Source: an uncultured Nitrosopumilales archaeon
GTDB taxonomy: Archaea > Thermoproteota > Nitrososphaeria > Nitrososphaerales > Gagatemarchaeaceae
NCBI GenBank assembly: GCA_964476175.1
Contig: CAYYYU010000059.1
Location: 1,088 to 65,087, forward strand
DNA: 64,000 nt
Direction: 5' to 3'
Shown here: positions 53,740 to 63,019 of the stretch, piece after piece
Numbering within the stretch: the first letter of the stretch is position 1
Layout: each line of letters begins with the position of its first letter
Made by a program: the position numbers and the translations under genes
Notes under the pieces: model-generated
Seen by the model: the letters and a program-made list of their open reading frames with translations, nothing else
Told to the model about the DNA's origin: nothing
The model's database searches: none

Positions 53740-56649
53740 TCAGTTCCCCCAGAACTGTCTGGTGGTCACGAACCTGATCTTCGCCTCGAGGAGAGCCCTG
53801 TAAAAGGCCTCCTCGTCTTCGTGCATCTCCGCGAGGATCCGGGACGCGGTCTGGGGCCCGATGCCGTACACGGTCTGGGCCACGACTGCCTTCTTCCCAT
53901 ACGAAAGCACGAGGTCCGCCCCCCTCCTCGCCTTCGCAAGCTCCCCTCTCTCCTCCTCGTTCAACGCCTCCCTCCTCCCCTTTCTCCTGATCAGTTCGGC
54001 CACCTTCGCAGTCCCCCAGTAGCACGGCACGAGCAGCCCGGCCCCGCACGCCCTGCACCGTGGCTCCTCGTCGAGCTCACCGACTGTGGTATCGCCCTGG
54101 TCCAGGCCGCACTTGAAGCAGACCAGCCCTATTCTTGTGCCGAAGATGCTCGCCTTCATCCGCTGGTACGAGGATTTCCCAAGCGAGTCCGGGGCCACTG
54201 CCTCCGGGACCTCTAGGTATCTGTAGAGGAGGCCGTAGGCTATGGGGGTCGGCCGGTCTCCCGCCCTGAACGTCTGAACAGCAATCTCGCCTTCCGCGAC
54301 CATAGTGAGTATCTCCTTGCCCCTCGCCATGTCGATCAGGTCCCGCCCGGTCTCCTGGAGGGCTTCTTCGAGGATGGGAGTCCTCTCGAACCTCGTAGGG
54401 AGGGAGCAGAGATTCGGGTGGGCCATCAGCTTCCCCCGCTTCAGAGCCCCGAACCGCTCCGCGACCTGCTTGACCCTTGCCGGGAATGGGAAGTTCCTCT
54501 GCGCAGCCACAGCGTACGTCCTCTCAAGCTCGTCGGGGGAGAGCCCCATGAGCTCCTTGGCCATGGAGTCGAGGTCAAGGTCCTCCGTGTCAGCAGTAAG
54601 CTCCATCAGGAGCCTGTACCCGTCGAGCCACCAGAGCCTTACAAGCCCCCTCCTCGAAAGTATCTCCTCAAAGACGTAGGCAAACGTCCTGTTGACCGAT
54701 TCCCCGAAGCACATGTGCACGATCAGGTACTTCCCGAACCCCTCGAAGAGAACCAGGTTGTCTGACGGCACTGGCGCCCCCATCTTCTTGTGCTCAGCGA
54801 TCTCGTCGACTACGAGCGCCCTTGCCGCTGCGTCCCCGCGTATCTGCTCGAGGACCCTCTCCAGTGCTGTCTCGTCCCCGAGTGCTTCGGAGATCTCCCT
54901 CCTCAGCTTCCCGGTCCTCTGGGCAAGGTCGAAGGGGATCGGGAGCATCTCGCCGTCCCACGTAGCCAGCGCGGCCATGGGGTCCTCGACCGGAGTGACG
55001 TAGATCTTCCTGTCGTCTGCTATCTGCTCCACCTGCCAGACCTTGCCCTTGCAGATGAAGTGGACCCCGACCTTCGCCTTCAGGAGCACGAACTCCTCCC
55101 CGAGTATCCCGACGGACTGGTTGGTCGTCACGTCGATGACCAGATACCTCGTCTCGTCCGGTATCATGGAGAGGTTCTCGAAGTAGTAATCCCGTGTCAG
55201 CCGGGTCCTCGACAGTCGTCGTCCGTCGAGCCGTATCTTCCTCAACTCCCCCAGGTACCCGACCGTTCTCCAGAACGCGTCCTCCGGCAGCCCGCTGAAC
55301 GGGGCCGCCTTCCTAATCTCGCTCAGCAGTTCGTTCCCGTCCACCGTCTCCACGTCCATCAGGTAGCCTGCCACCTGATGGGACAGCACATCGAGGCAGT
55401 TGGAGTAGGGCCGAGTCGGCTCGATCCTCCCCTCCGACGCGCCCAGAATGCTCGACGACGATTCCAGTATGTCGTCCGCAGACACTGTGACGAGAACTCC
55501 CTCCGAGACCCTCCCGAGCCTGTGCCCGCTTCTCCCCACCCTCTGCACCAGGGAGGTGACCTGCCTCGGAGACATGTACTGCACCACAAGGTCGACCGAG
55601 CCGATGTCAATGCCAAGCTCGAGGGTCGAGGTGCAGACCAGGGCCTTCAGCTGTCCTAACTTGAACGCCTGCTCGACCCTTTCCCTCTCCTCCCTTGGGA
55701 GAGACCCGTGGTGGACTCCGACATCCTTCCGCAGCCGCGACAGCTTCTCCCCCAGCATCTCGCCAACGGTCCTGCTGTTGACGAAGATCAGAATAGACGT
55801 ATGGTCTTCGACGAGCCTGTCAATCCTCGTGAGCCTCGCTGCCAGGTCAGGGGCTGAATAGGTCTCCCTCGCAGCTGTCTGGTCCCCCGGGTCGGGCACA
55901 GGATACTCTATCCTGTACGTGAACTCCTTGGGGGCGTCCGCCATCACCACCTTGTGTTCCCTCTCCCCGAATAGGAACCTGGCGGCGACTTCAGGCGTTC
56001 CGACCGTGGCCGAGAGTGCCACGAGCTGGTACTCCCCGGCGACCTTCCTCAATCTCTGCAGGCCCACGCAGAGCTGCACCCCTCGCTTGCTCTCGACCAG
56101 GTTGTGCAGCTCATCCACTACCACGGCCTTCAGGTGCCCCAAGTTCTGCCTCATCCTGCTCCCAGGGAGCACTGCTTGCAGAGTCTCAGGGGTCGTGACG
56201 AGGACGTCCGGAGGGTGTGAGGACTGTCTCGTGCGCTGTTTCTGCGGGGTGTCCCCGTGTCTGACATCCACTGTGAGACCGAGCCTGGAGCACCAGACTT
56301 CGAGCCGTTTCAGCATGTCCCGGTTCAAGGCTCTCATCGGAGTGATGTAGAGCAACGAGATCCCTTCCCCGTGCCCTTCGGCGACGATCCTACCCAACAG
56401 GGGGAGGAGGGCCGCCTCTGTCTTCCCCGAGCCAGTCGGTGCCACAATGAGGACGTTCTCCCTGGCGGCGACAATGGGCCAGGCCTGTACCTGGGGTGGG
56501 GTCGGTTCCGTTATCCCCGCGGCTGCGAGGAAATCCCTCACCGGTGGTTCGAGGTGCTCGAACGGGTTCTGGGGGGTCACTTTCACAGTCGAGAGAGCGA
56601 CTGTCGATTTAAGCCCTTTCGCGAACTCAGAATCCACAAACATGCGCAA
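53740..56649 (-). CDS. lhr: Lhr-type large SF2 helicase (paralogue 1)
   Basis: 969 aa in the track. 'APTGSGKTEAA', 'DELH', 'SATV', 'QRVGRSGHR', 'YYFENLSMIPDE' and a C-terminal zinc ribbon. ATG at 56643 is a likelier start than TTG at 56649. Confidence 0.85.
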   Translation of the reverse strand: MRMFVDSEFAKGLKSTVALSTVKVTPQNPFEHLEPPVRDFLAAAGITEPTPPQVQAWPIVAARENVLIVAPTGSGKTEAALLPLLGRIVAEGHGEGISLLYITPMRALNRDMLKRLEVWCSRLGLTVDVRHGDTPQKQRTRQSSHPPDVLVTTPETLQAVLPGSRMRQNLGHLKAVVVDELHNLVESKRGVQLCVGLQRLRKVAGEYQLVALSATVGTPEVAARFLFGEREHKVVMADAPKEFTYRIEYPVPDPGDQTAARETYSAPDLAARLTRIDRLVEDHTSILIFVNSRTVGEMLGEKLSRLRKDVGVHHGSLPREERERVEQAFKLGQLKALVCTSTLELGIDIGSVDLVVQYMSPRQVTSLVQRVGRSGHRLGRVSEGVLVTVSADDILESSSSILGASEGRIEPTRPYSNCLDVLSHQVAGYLMDVETVDGNELLSEIRKAAPFSGLPEDAFWRTVGYLGELRKIRLDGRRLSRTRLTRDYYFENLSMIPDETRYLVIDVTTNQSVGILGEEFVLLKAKVGVHFICKGKVWQVEQIADDRKIYVTPVEDPMAALATWDGEMLPIPFDLAQRTGKLRREISEALGDETALERVLEQIRGDAAARALVVDEIAEHKKMGAPVPSDNLVLFEGFGKYLIVHMCFGESVNRTFAYVFEEILSRRGLVRLWWLDGYRLLMELTADTEDLDLDSMAKELMGLSPDELERTYAVAAQRNFPFPARVKQVAERFGALKRGKLMAHPNLCSLPTRFERTPILEEALQETGRDLIDMARGKEILTMVAEGEIAVQTFRAGDRPTPIAYGLLYRYLEVPEAVAPDSLGKSSYQRMKASIFGTRIGLVCFKCGLDQGDTTVGELDEEPRCRACGAGLLVPCYWGTAKVAELIRRKGRREALNEEERGELAKARRGADLVLSYGKKAVVAQTVYGIGPQTASRILAEMHEDEEAFYRALLEAKIRFVTTRQFWGN

Positions 56650-56676
56650 TGTCTAAATCCGTCCCGGGATTGCGCA
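56643..56676. promoter_or_regulatory. 8-bp perfect inverted repeat TGCGCAAT-N18-ATTGCGCA in the divergent Lhr / SMC-like promoter region
   Basis: Arms at 56643-56650 and 56669-56676. A TATA-like TCTAAAT lies between the arms and AAATTT just beyond the right arm. The left arm overlaps the Lhr ATG. Confidence 0.35.
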
Positions 56677-56686
56677 GCTACGAAAT

Positions 56687-58693
56687 TTGTCAAGAAGAGC
56701 AGAAGAGGTCTCGCAGGAGAGGGGGCTCCCCCGCACAAGCATAAAGGAGATAATCCTCGAGAACTTCATGAGTTATGAATACGCCCGGATACCCCTAAGG
56801 GACGGCCTCAACCTGATAGTAGGACCCAACGGCGCCGGCAAGTCCTCGGTCCTCCTGGCCATATCCGTGGCCTTCGGTCAGGCCTACACCGAGCGCTCCC
56901 GGAAGCTCTCCGACCTGATACGGCGTGGGAAGGACATAGCCAGGGTCTCACTGGTCTTCGACAATTCGCAGCAGAACGGCCGTCGGCCGATCCCCTACTC
57001 GAAATCGGATACCTTCATGCTCAGCCGCTATCTCAGGCGGGACGGCTCCTACTGGTTCGAGGCGGACTACAAGGAGATTGACAAGAGCGAAGTCGTGAGA
57101 CTTCTCGGGGAGTTCGGAATCAACCCTGACAACCTGCTGATCATCATGCATCAGGGGATGATCGAAGAGCTTGGAGCAGTCACTCCGCAGGAGAGGCTCA
57201 GAATGGTGGAGGAGGCCGTCGGATTCTCCGAGTACAGGCAGCGAATCCTGCTTGCAGAGCAGGAGCTGGGGGGCCTTATCGGCGAAGAGAGCTCGCTCCT
57301 TCAGCTTATCGACAACGCCAACCAGGCCCTGGAATACTGGAAGCAGGTCTACGACAGGTTCCAAGAAAAGAAAAGACTGCAGGAGCACAGGGAGCTCCTC
57401 GCGAAGGAGCTGCTCTGGAGCACAGAATCCAAGCTGGCGAAGTCCCTCGCGTCCGTCCAGGAGAAGATAGGCGCCAAGACAAGGGCGCTCGAGGACCTAA
57501 GGTCGCAGCAACAGGAAGCGGCAAAGGACGCAGAGGAGGCGTACAAGACCCTCCTGGACAGGCAGGTGGAACTCAGGAAGCTGTACTACGCGCTTGTAAG
57601 GGCTGAAAGCGAGAAGGCGAAGGACGAGGCCTCCCGGGGCGCCTTCGCCTCATTGAAGCAGGAAATGGATAGCCTGACGGCCGCTGCCGACGAGATTCTC
57701 GCCCAAGGTACGCAGAGAAGCGCGAAGAGGGTGAAAGAGCTCGTCGAATATGTGGCAGGAAAGGCCTCTGCGGCGGAGGAGGACGCGGGGAGGCGCAGAA
57801 CGGAGCTGGAGAGGGAGGTCTCCTCCCTCCAGCCTGAGATTGGCAGGACCGAGGAGCTGATCAGGAAGACGATGGAGTCCTGCATCTCGCTCAGGGTGAA
57901 GTCCGAAGTCCTCTCCTACAAGGCCAGGGTGACCGAGTCCGACCTCAGGGAGCTCGAAAGGAGCGCGCGCGAATACGCGGGCGAGCTGGAGAAGTTGAGG
58001 CCTGACCTGGAAAAGGCAGGGGCTCGCATGGAGACCTTGAGGCAGCCCTACGAAGTATCCGAGGAGCTGAAGTTGGTCTCTGCGCATCTTCAGAAGATGC
58101 AGGACGTACCGGACGAGGCGGAGAAGATATACAACGATTACTCTGGCAGCATAGAAGAGCTCAAGCTGAAGCTGGCAAAGCTGCAGGAAAACAAGAAGGC
58201 GCTTCTGGCAGAGCTCCAGTCAAGGAAGAAGGTCTGGAGGGAGGCCATGGAGAGCCTGGTCATGTCTACCGACCCCGTCTACCAGTCCGTGCTTGCGGCC
58301 TCAGACGCCTCAGGTTTCATAAAGTTCGAAGAGGGGGCCGAGATAGAAGAAGCGGGGATAGACCTGTACGTGGGCTTCAGGGGAGGAGCGCCGACCACTC
58401 TCGACCCATTCACCCAGAGCGGTGGGGAGCGCTCGGTGGCCCTAGTGGCGTTCATCCTTTCTCTTCAGGCGAGAATAGTCTCCCCGCTGCGAGCTATGGA
58501 CGAGTTCGACATCCACATGGACCCGAAGAACCGGGAGGCGATGTTCAAGATGATTCTCTCTCAGATGAGACAGCACGAGGCTTCCCAATACATCGTCATC
58601 ACCCCCTCAATCCTCACTGTCTTCGACAAGAGCGCGCACGTCATCACAGTGCAGGCGGTGCACGGTCCGTCAGAGGTCAGGGAGCTGAAGTAG
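56687..58693 (+). CDS. Hingeless SMC-family ATPase with SMC5/6-like head motifs
   Basis: 668 aa. 'LENFMSY', 'GPNGAGKSS', 'HQG', then about 350 aa coiled coil without a hinge or zinc hook, then 'SGGERSVALVAFILSL', 'SPLRAMDEFDIHMDPKNR' and 'QYIVITPS'. Confidence 0.7.
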   Translation: MSRRAEEVSQERGLPRTSIKEIILENFMSYEYARIPLRDGLNLIVGPNGAGKSSVLLAISVAFGQAYTERSRKLSDLIRRGKDIARVSLVFDNSQQNGRRPIPYSKSDTFMLSRYLRRDGSYWFEADYKEIDKSEVVRLLGEFGINPDNLLIIMHQGMIEELGAVTPQERLRMVEEAVGFSEYRQRILLAEQELGGLIGEESSLLQLIDNANQALEYWKQVYDRFQEKKRLQEHRELLAKELLWSTESKLAKSLASVQEKIGAKTRALEDLRSQQQEAAKDAEEAYKTLLDRQVELRKLYYALVRAESEKAKDEASRGAFASLKQEMDSLTAAADEILAQGTQRSAKRVKELVEYVAGKASAAEEDAGRRRTELEREVSSLQPEIGRTEELIRKTMESCISLRVKSEVLSYKARVTESDLRELERSAREYAGELEKLRPDLEKAGARMETLRQPYEVSEELKLVSAHLQKMQDVPDEAEKIYNDYSGSIEELKLKLAKLQENKKALLAELQSRKKVWREAMESLVMSTDPVYQSVLAASDASGFIKFEEGAEIEEAGIDLYVGFRGGAPTTLDPFTQSGGERSVALVAFILSLQARIVSPLRAMDEFDIHMDPKNREAMFKMILSQMRQHEASQYIVITPSILTVFDKSAHVITVQAVHGPSEVRELK

Positions 58694-58695
58694 GC

Positions 58696-59454
58696 TTGGA
58701 CAAAGAGAAACTGGAAGACCTATTGCGGGTGATTGCACTGTGCCAGTCTGTCGAATCGAGTAGTGCGAACCCCTTTGATGTGGATATCATAGAGAAATTG
58801 CTTATCTTGAAGCAACGGCTCCCCGAGCTAAAGTTTCTAGACGAACTCCTTGTCGACTCAGAGGCTATGCTGGAACTGTCTCGGATAATTCGTCTCCAAG
58901 ACCAATATCTCAAATCTCGAGCATCCTCTCTCTACATCGACCCCTTGCTGATTCAGCTCAAGGTAAAGCTCCTGACGAAGAACGAACTGAGTGAGGCTTT
59001 TGTCAAGAGCTGGCATCCGATAGTCCAGCTCGACCAGATCTCCCCGAGGGGGCTTGAGAAGGCCTTCGTGTACTGGAGGGACCTCGCACCAATGGCCGAG
59101 AGGTTCAAGGAGGAGTTCGGCAACTACGGGGTCAGGCCCGGGATCGTAGACTACCCGGAACTCATCAAGCTGGGAGTCTTCACCCAGCAGCAATTCGAGA
59201 AGGACCTGAACGACCTGCACCAGACCCTGCTCCAGAAGTCCGACGGCAACTGGATCGACTACAGGGAGTTCATCGGCGCAGAGGCCTTCGAGAAGAAGGT
59301 CCTCAAGGCATACCTCCTCGCATTCCTCATCAGCGAAGGCAGGGCGTCCCTCCGCACGGACCCCCTCACAGGCAAGGTCTGGACGATGGGCCTGAGCGAG
59401 AAGGCGGTGGGGGTCCCGAAGTCGGTCGCTATATCCGTAACCAGTGATACATGA
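58696..59454 (+). CDS. ScpA/kleisin-like protein
   Basis: 252 aa. N-terminal 'NPFDVDIIEKLL...AMLELSRIIRLQ' and a C-terminal winged helix 'VLKAYLLAFLISEGRASL'. Confidence 0.6.
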   Translation: MDKEKLEDLLRVIALCQSVESSSANPFDVDIIEKLLILKQRLPELKFLDELLVDSEAMLELSRIIRLQDQYLKSRASSLYIDPLLIQLKVKLLTKNELSEAFVKSWHPIVQLDQISPRGLEKAFVYWRDLAPMAERFKEEFGNYGVRPGIVDYPELIKLGVFTQQQFEKDLNDLHQTLLQKSDGNWIDYREFIGAEAFEKKVLKAYLLAFLISEGRASLRTDPLTGKVWTMGLSEKAVGVPKSVAISVTSDT

Positions 59455-60011
59455 TGGAAGCCACAGACAAAGCCCTGCTTGAGAGAAAGGTCAGGAAGGC
59501 CTTCCAGATTCTCGTACTCCAGCGGAGCAGGAATCCGGGGGTAAAAGGGTGGGAGATGAAGAGGCACCTCGGCCGGGAATACAAGAAGATCATAGAGGTT
59601 CTTTCGGAGGACGTGTCGTCGATGGGGATGGAGGTCTTCGAAGTGAAGGGGCCGGACGGGACGGACGACACCTCTCGCTTCCTCCTGAGGTTCAAGGAGC
59701 CACCGACCGTCAGCGAGGCCGAGACGTCCGGGATCAGGATCGACGACCTGGCGGTGCTGGCCGCCACCATCGCCTTCGTCAATTCGAAGCAGGGGCGAGC
59801 ATCCCGCCGGGAAGCGGAGCACTTCCTGCGCGAAAAGTTCCCGAAGTGGAGGGTCGAGTATTCCCTGGACCGGTACGTCAAGAGGGGCTACCTGGAGCAG
59901 GATGACAGGTCGCTTCTGCACATAGGCTGGAGGACACGCGCGGAGGTGGACGAGAAGACCCTGATGACTATGATCCTCTCAAGAGGATCCAAGGAAGTAG
60001 CGCCGTCGTAG
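59451..60011 (+). CDS. Tandem winged-helix 'kite' protein with MAGE/Nse3-like sequence pattern
   Basis: 186 aa. 'AFQILVLQRSRNPGVKGWEMKRHLGREYKKI', 'LAVLAATIAFV' and 'RYVKRGYLEQ...HIGWRTRAEVDEKTLMTMIL'. 4-nt overlap with the kleisin gene. Confidence 0.55.
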   Translation: MMEATDKALLERKVRKAFQILVLQRSRNPGVKGWEMKRHLGREYKKIIEVLSEDVSSMGMEVFEVKGPDGTDDTSRFLLRFKEPPTVSEAETSGIRIDDLAVLAATIAFVNSKQGRASRREAEHFLREKFPKWRVEYSLDRYVKRGYLEQDDRSLLHIGWRTRAEVDEKTLMTMILSRGSKEVAPS

Positions 60012-62888
60012 CGCCTCTCGTTCCCCTTCTATGATCGTCTCGACGATGTCCCTGCCTTCCTTCTGCATCTTCGCAGCCAGGTTTGCCGCTTCAGAGAGGG
60101 TTATCCCCCTCCCCGCCATCAGCATCTCGGCCGCATGCCCGTACTTCTTCCTGAGCTCGGCCGACTTCCTTACCGACTCGACCAGCTTCAGATTCCTCCC
60201 CCGGAGGTCAGACCTGCTCCTGGCCTTCATCGCGAGCGAGAAGACGTTTTCGTACGAGTCCGTCGAGAGTCCGATCGCGTCCTTCCCGCAATACGCGCAC
60301 TTCTCCAGTCCCTCCATGTCCCGCACCCTCTTCAGCTCAAGATAGTTCCAGCAGTTCGTGCAGACTGCCACCAGGAAGGTGTCGGATATCCTTGCCCCCG
60401 TTGATTGTCTGAGTAGGGCCCTGAGCCGCTCCGGGGACACGATCTCCCCCCTCCGGCTGATCTCCTCCACGCCTATCCTCGCTATCGGCGAAAGCCCCTC
60501 GTACGCTATCTCTTTGACCTCGATCTCCCCCCTGCTCATCCCGTCAATCACCTTGGCCGCTCCGTCAACGTCCAGGTCGTCGTGGAAGATCATGTTCATC
60601 GCTTCATCGTACACCGGTGTGTCCCGAAGCGCCTCTATCAGGCCGGATATCGAGACGCTCGCGTAGTCTGCGTCCTTCGCAATCGCCCCGCACTTCTTCC
60701 CCGCATGGATAAGTCTCCGTTTGAAGATCCCGGACCTTTCTACAGCCTCCCCCGTGGCCGCCCTGAGGTCCGCGTCCTTCAGCTCTCTCAGTAGCGTCAG
60801 AACGGTCGACGGCGCGACGTCTGCCTCGATGACCAGGCGGTAGGGGTCTTGGTGGACAGCCACGGACTGCCCAATCTTCTCGGAGATCTTGTGGCCGAGC
60901 AACCTCGCGAGCAACCGGTTGACCTTGTGGCCGAAGGCTGCCTGGATTATGAGGTACCTGTCCCACCTTTCGATCGTGACGACCTTCTCAGACGGGATCG
61001 GGAGCTTCGCCGCGAGCTGTTCTTCGACCTCCTTCAGCGCCTCCAGGAGTGCATCCTTCGAGACCGGATACTTTCCGCTCAGTTCTTCTACGAAGGACTC
61101 CGCTACTCCCTTCTCAATCGCCTCGGCATATCTCCTCCTGATTGTCCCGACTTCCTGAGCTACCTCGAAAGGAACTGGAATCTCGTCCCCCACCCAGTTC
61201 GGGACGGCTCCGGTCGGATCCTCCTCGGCTTTGACGTAGACCTTGTTCCCATAGATCTGCTCTATCTTCCAACACCGCCCGGCCTCCACGAACTTGACCC
61301 CGACCTCCCCGTATTCAGAAACGAAGGCCTCGTCTAGCGCCCCGACGAAGTTCTCCCCTTCGATCACGAGGTACTGCCGCTCGTCAGGAATCATCGACAG
61401 GTTGTCGAAGTAGTACTGGAACAACGGCTTGACGTCCCTTGCCCTGGAGACTCTTCCGTCAGATTCGCTGTAGTAAGCAAGCCTCGGGTACCGCTCGCGC
61501 ATGTATGTCAACACGCGCTTCAGCTTCAGGTCGTCCATCCCCGAGTAGGCGTAGCTCCGCCTGAGGAGCGCGGCTATGTCGCTGAAGTTCCAGTTGCTCT
61601 GCTCGATTAGCAGCCCAGCGACTTGGTGCACCGCCACGTCGTATGGCGCTTCCAGTGGGACGAGAGGCTCCAGCTCTCCGTTGATCGATTTCCTGCAGAG
61701 GACCGCCGCCTCGAGGGTGTCGTCGGAGTCCTGCGTGACGACCAACCCGTTGGACACCTGGCCGATTCTGTGTCCGCTTCTCCCCACCCTCTGGATGAGC
61801 CTGGTCACCTGCCTTGGGGAGTTGTACTGGACCACGAAGTCCAGGAATCCGATGTCGATGCCGAGCTCCAGGCTGCTCGTACAGATCACCCCCAAGAGCT
61901 TCCCGTCTTTCAGATTCCTTTCAACAGCCTCCCTGGTCGCCTTCGAAAGCGAGCTGTGATGGATTCCCACCGGGAAATCGGGGTCCCAGACTCTGAACCT
62001 GTTCGCAAGGGCCTCGGCCTCGCTGCGCGTGTTGGTGAACACGAGGACCGACTTGTACTTCTCGATCGACTCCCGTATCACCCTGAGCCTAGCCGCCACC
62101 TCCGGGAAAGAGTAGATCGCTTCCGCGAATTCCTTGTCGCGGGGTGTCGCTCTCGGGGCCACCACGTGGAGTGACAGGCTCTTCTCGACAGGAACCCTGA
62201 CCACCTCGCACGGCCTTCCGCTTCCGACGAGGAACTGGGCTATCCTTTCCGGTGAGCCGACTGTGGCAGACAGGCCCACAGTCTGGAATTCGTTATCCAC
62301 AGCATCCCTTAGCCGCTCGAGCCCCACGCTAAGCTGGCTCCCCCTCTTGTCCTCAGCCAGTTCGTGGACCTCGTCGACCACCACCCACCTGAGCTTGGAA
62401 AGGTTCTGCCTAATCCTCCTGCCGACGAGCAGTATCTGGAGGGTCTCGGGGGTCGTGATCAGGATGTCCGGGGGCGCGAAGCTCATGTTTGTCCGCTCCG
62501 CTTGGGTGCTGTCCCCGTGTCTGACTCCGAGTCTGATGTCGAACCTCTTGCACCACCACTGCATCCTCTCCAGCATGTCCCTGTTGAGCGCCCTGAGCGG
62601 GGTGATGTACAGCAGCTTGGTCCCCTTCACCCTCGCCGGGCCTTCTCTGACCATGGCGTCGAGAATGGGGAGGAGCGCCGCCTCAGTCTTCCCGGTCCCG
62701 GTGGGAGCCATCAGCAGGGCGTTCCGCCCCTCGATCACAAGGGGGACCAGTTTCATCTGCGGGTCTGTCGGGGACCCGAACCCCTTCTCCTTCAGGGCCT
62801 CGAGCAGGGGAGGAGAGAACAGCTCGAAGACGTTTTGCTCAGCCAAGCTGCAGTCCTCTCGATGTGCCAACAGGGTCGGGCGTGACAT
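59979..62888 (-). CDS. lhr: Lhr-type large SF2 helicase (paralogue 2)
   Basis: 969 aa. 'APTGTGKTEAA', 'DEVH', 'SATV', 'QRVGRSGHR', 'YYFDNLSMIPDE' and a C-terminal 'CTNC...CAYCG'. Roughly 35% identical to paralogue 1 by eye. Confidence 0.85.
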   Translation of the reverse strand: MSRPTLLAHREDCSLAEQNVFELFSPPLLEALKEKGFGSPTDPQMKLVPLVIEGRNALLMAPTGTGKTEAALLPILDAMVREGPARVKGTKLLYITPLRALNRDMLERMQWWCKRFDIRLGVRHGDSTQAERTNMSFAPPDILITTPETLQILLVGRRIRQNLSKLRWVVVDEVHELAEDKRGSQLSVGLERLRDAVDNEFQTVGLSATVGSPERIAQFLVGSGRPCEVVRVPVEKSLSLHVVAPRATPRDKEFAEAIYSFPEVAARLRVIRESIEKYKSVLVFTNTRSEAEALANRFRVWDPDFPVGIHHSSLSKATREAVERNLKDGKLLGVICTSSLELGIDIGFLDFVVQYNSPRQVTRLIQRVGRSGHRIGQVSNGLVVTQDSDDTLEAAVLCRKSINGELEPLVPLEAPYDVAVHQVAGLLIEQSNWNFSDIAALLRRSYAYSGMDDLKLKRVLTYMRERYPRLAYYSESDGRVSRARDVKPLFQYYFDNLSMIPDERQYLVIEGENFVGALDEAFVSEYGEVGVKFVEAGRCWKIEQIYGNKVYVKAEEDPTGAVPNWVGDEIPVPFEVAQEVGTIRRRYAEAIEKGVAESFVEELSGKYPVSKDALLEALKEVEEQLAAKLPIPSEKVVTIERWDRYLIIQAAFGHKVNRLLARLLGHKISEKIGQSVAVHQDPYRLVIEADVAPSTVLTLLRELKDADLRAATGEAVERSGIFKRRLIHAGKKCGAIAKDADYASVSISGLIEALRDTPVYDEAMNMIFHDDLDVDGAAKVIDGMSRGEIEVKEIAYEGLSPIARIGVEEISRRGEIVSPERLRALLRQSTGARISDTFLVAVCTNCWNYLELKRVRDMEGLEKCAYCGKDAIGLSTDSYENVFSLAMKARSRSDLRGRNLKLVESVRKSAELRKKYGHAAEMLMAGRGITLSEAANLAAKMQKEGRDIVETIIEGEREALRRRYFLGSS

Positions 62889-63019
62889 TCACCTTTTGTA
62901 GAACGCGGAGAAACTCTCGCCCCCTGACCCACTCCAATAAGTTTGCGGTCGGGGAGATAGGCCGTGGGCATTCCGCCGGCTAGCCTTAAATAGAACGATA
63001 TAACATAGGTGATAAATTC

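Noticed and set aside
53740-62888. Identical length (969 aa) of the two Lhr paralogues as evidence of recent duplication
   Set aside because: The sequences are only about 35% identical by eye and Lhr-1 probably starts two codons later. The equal length is a coincidence of ORF calling.
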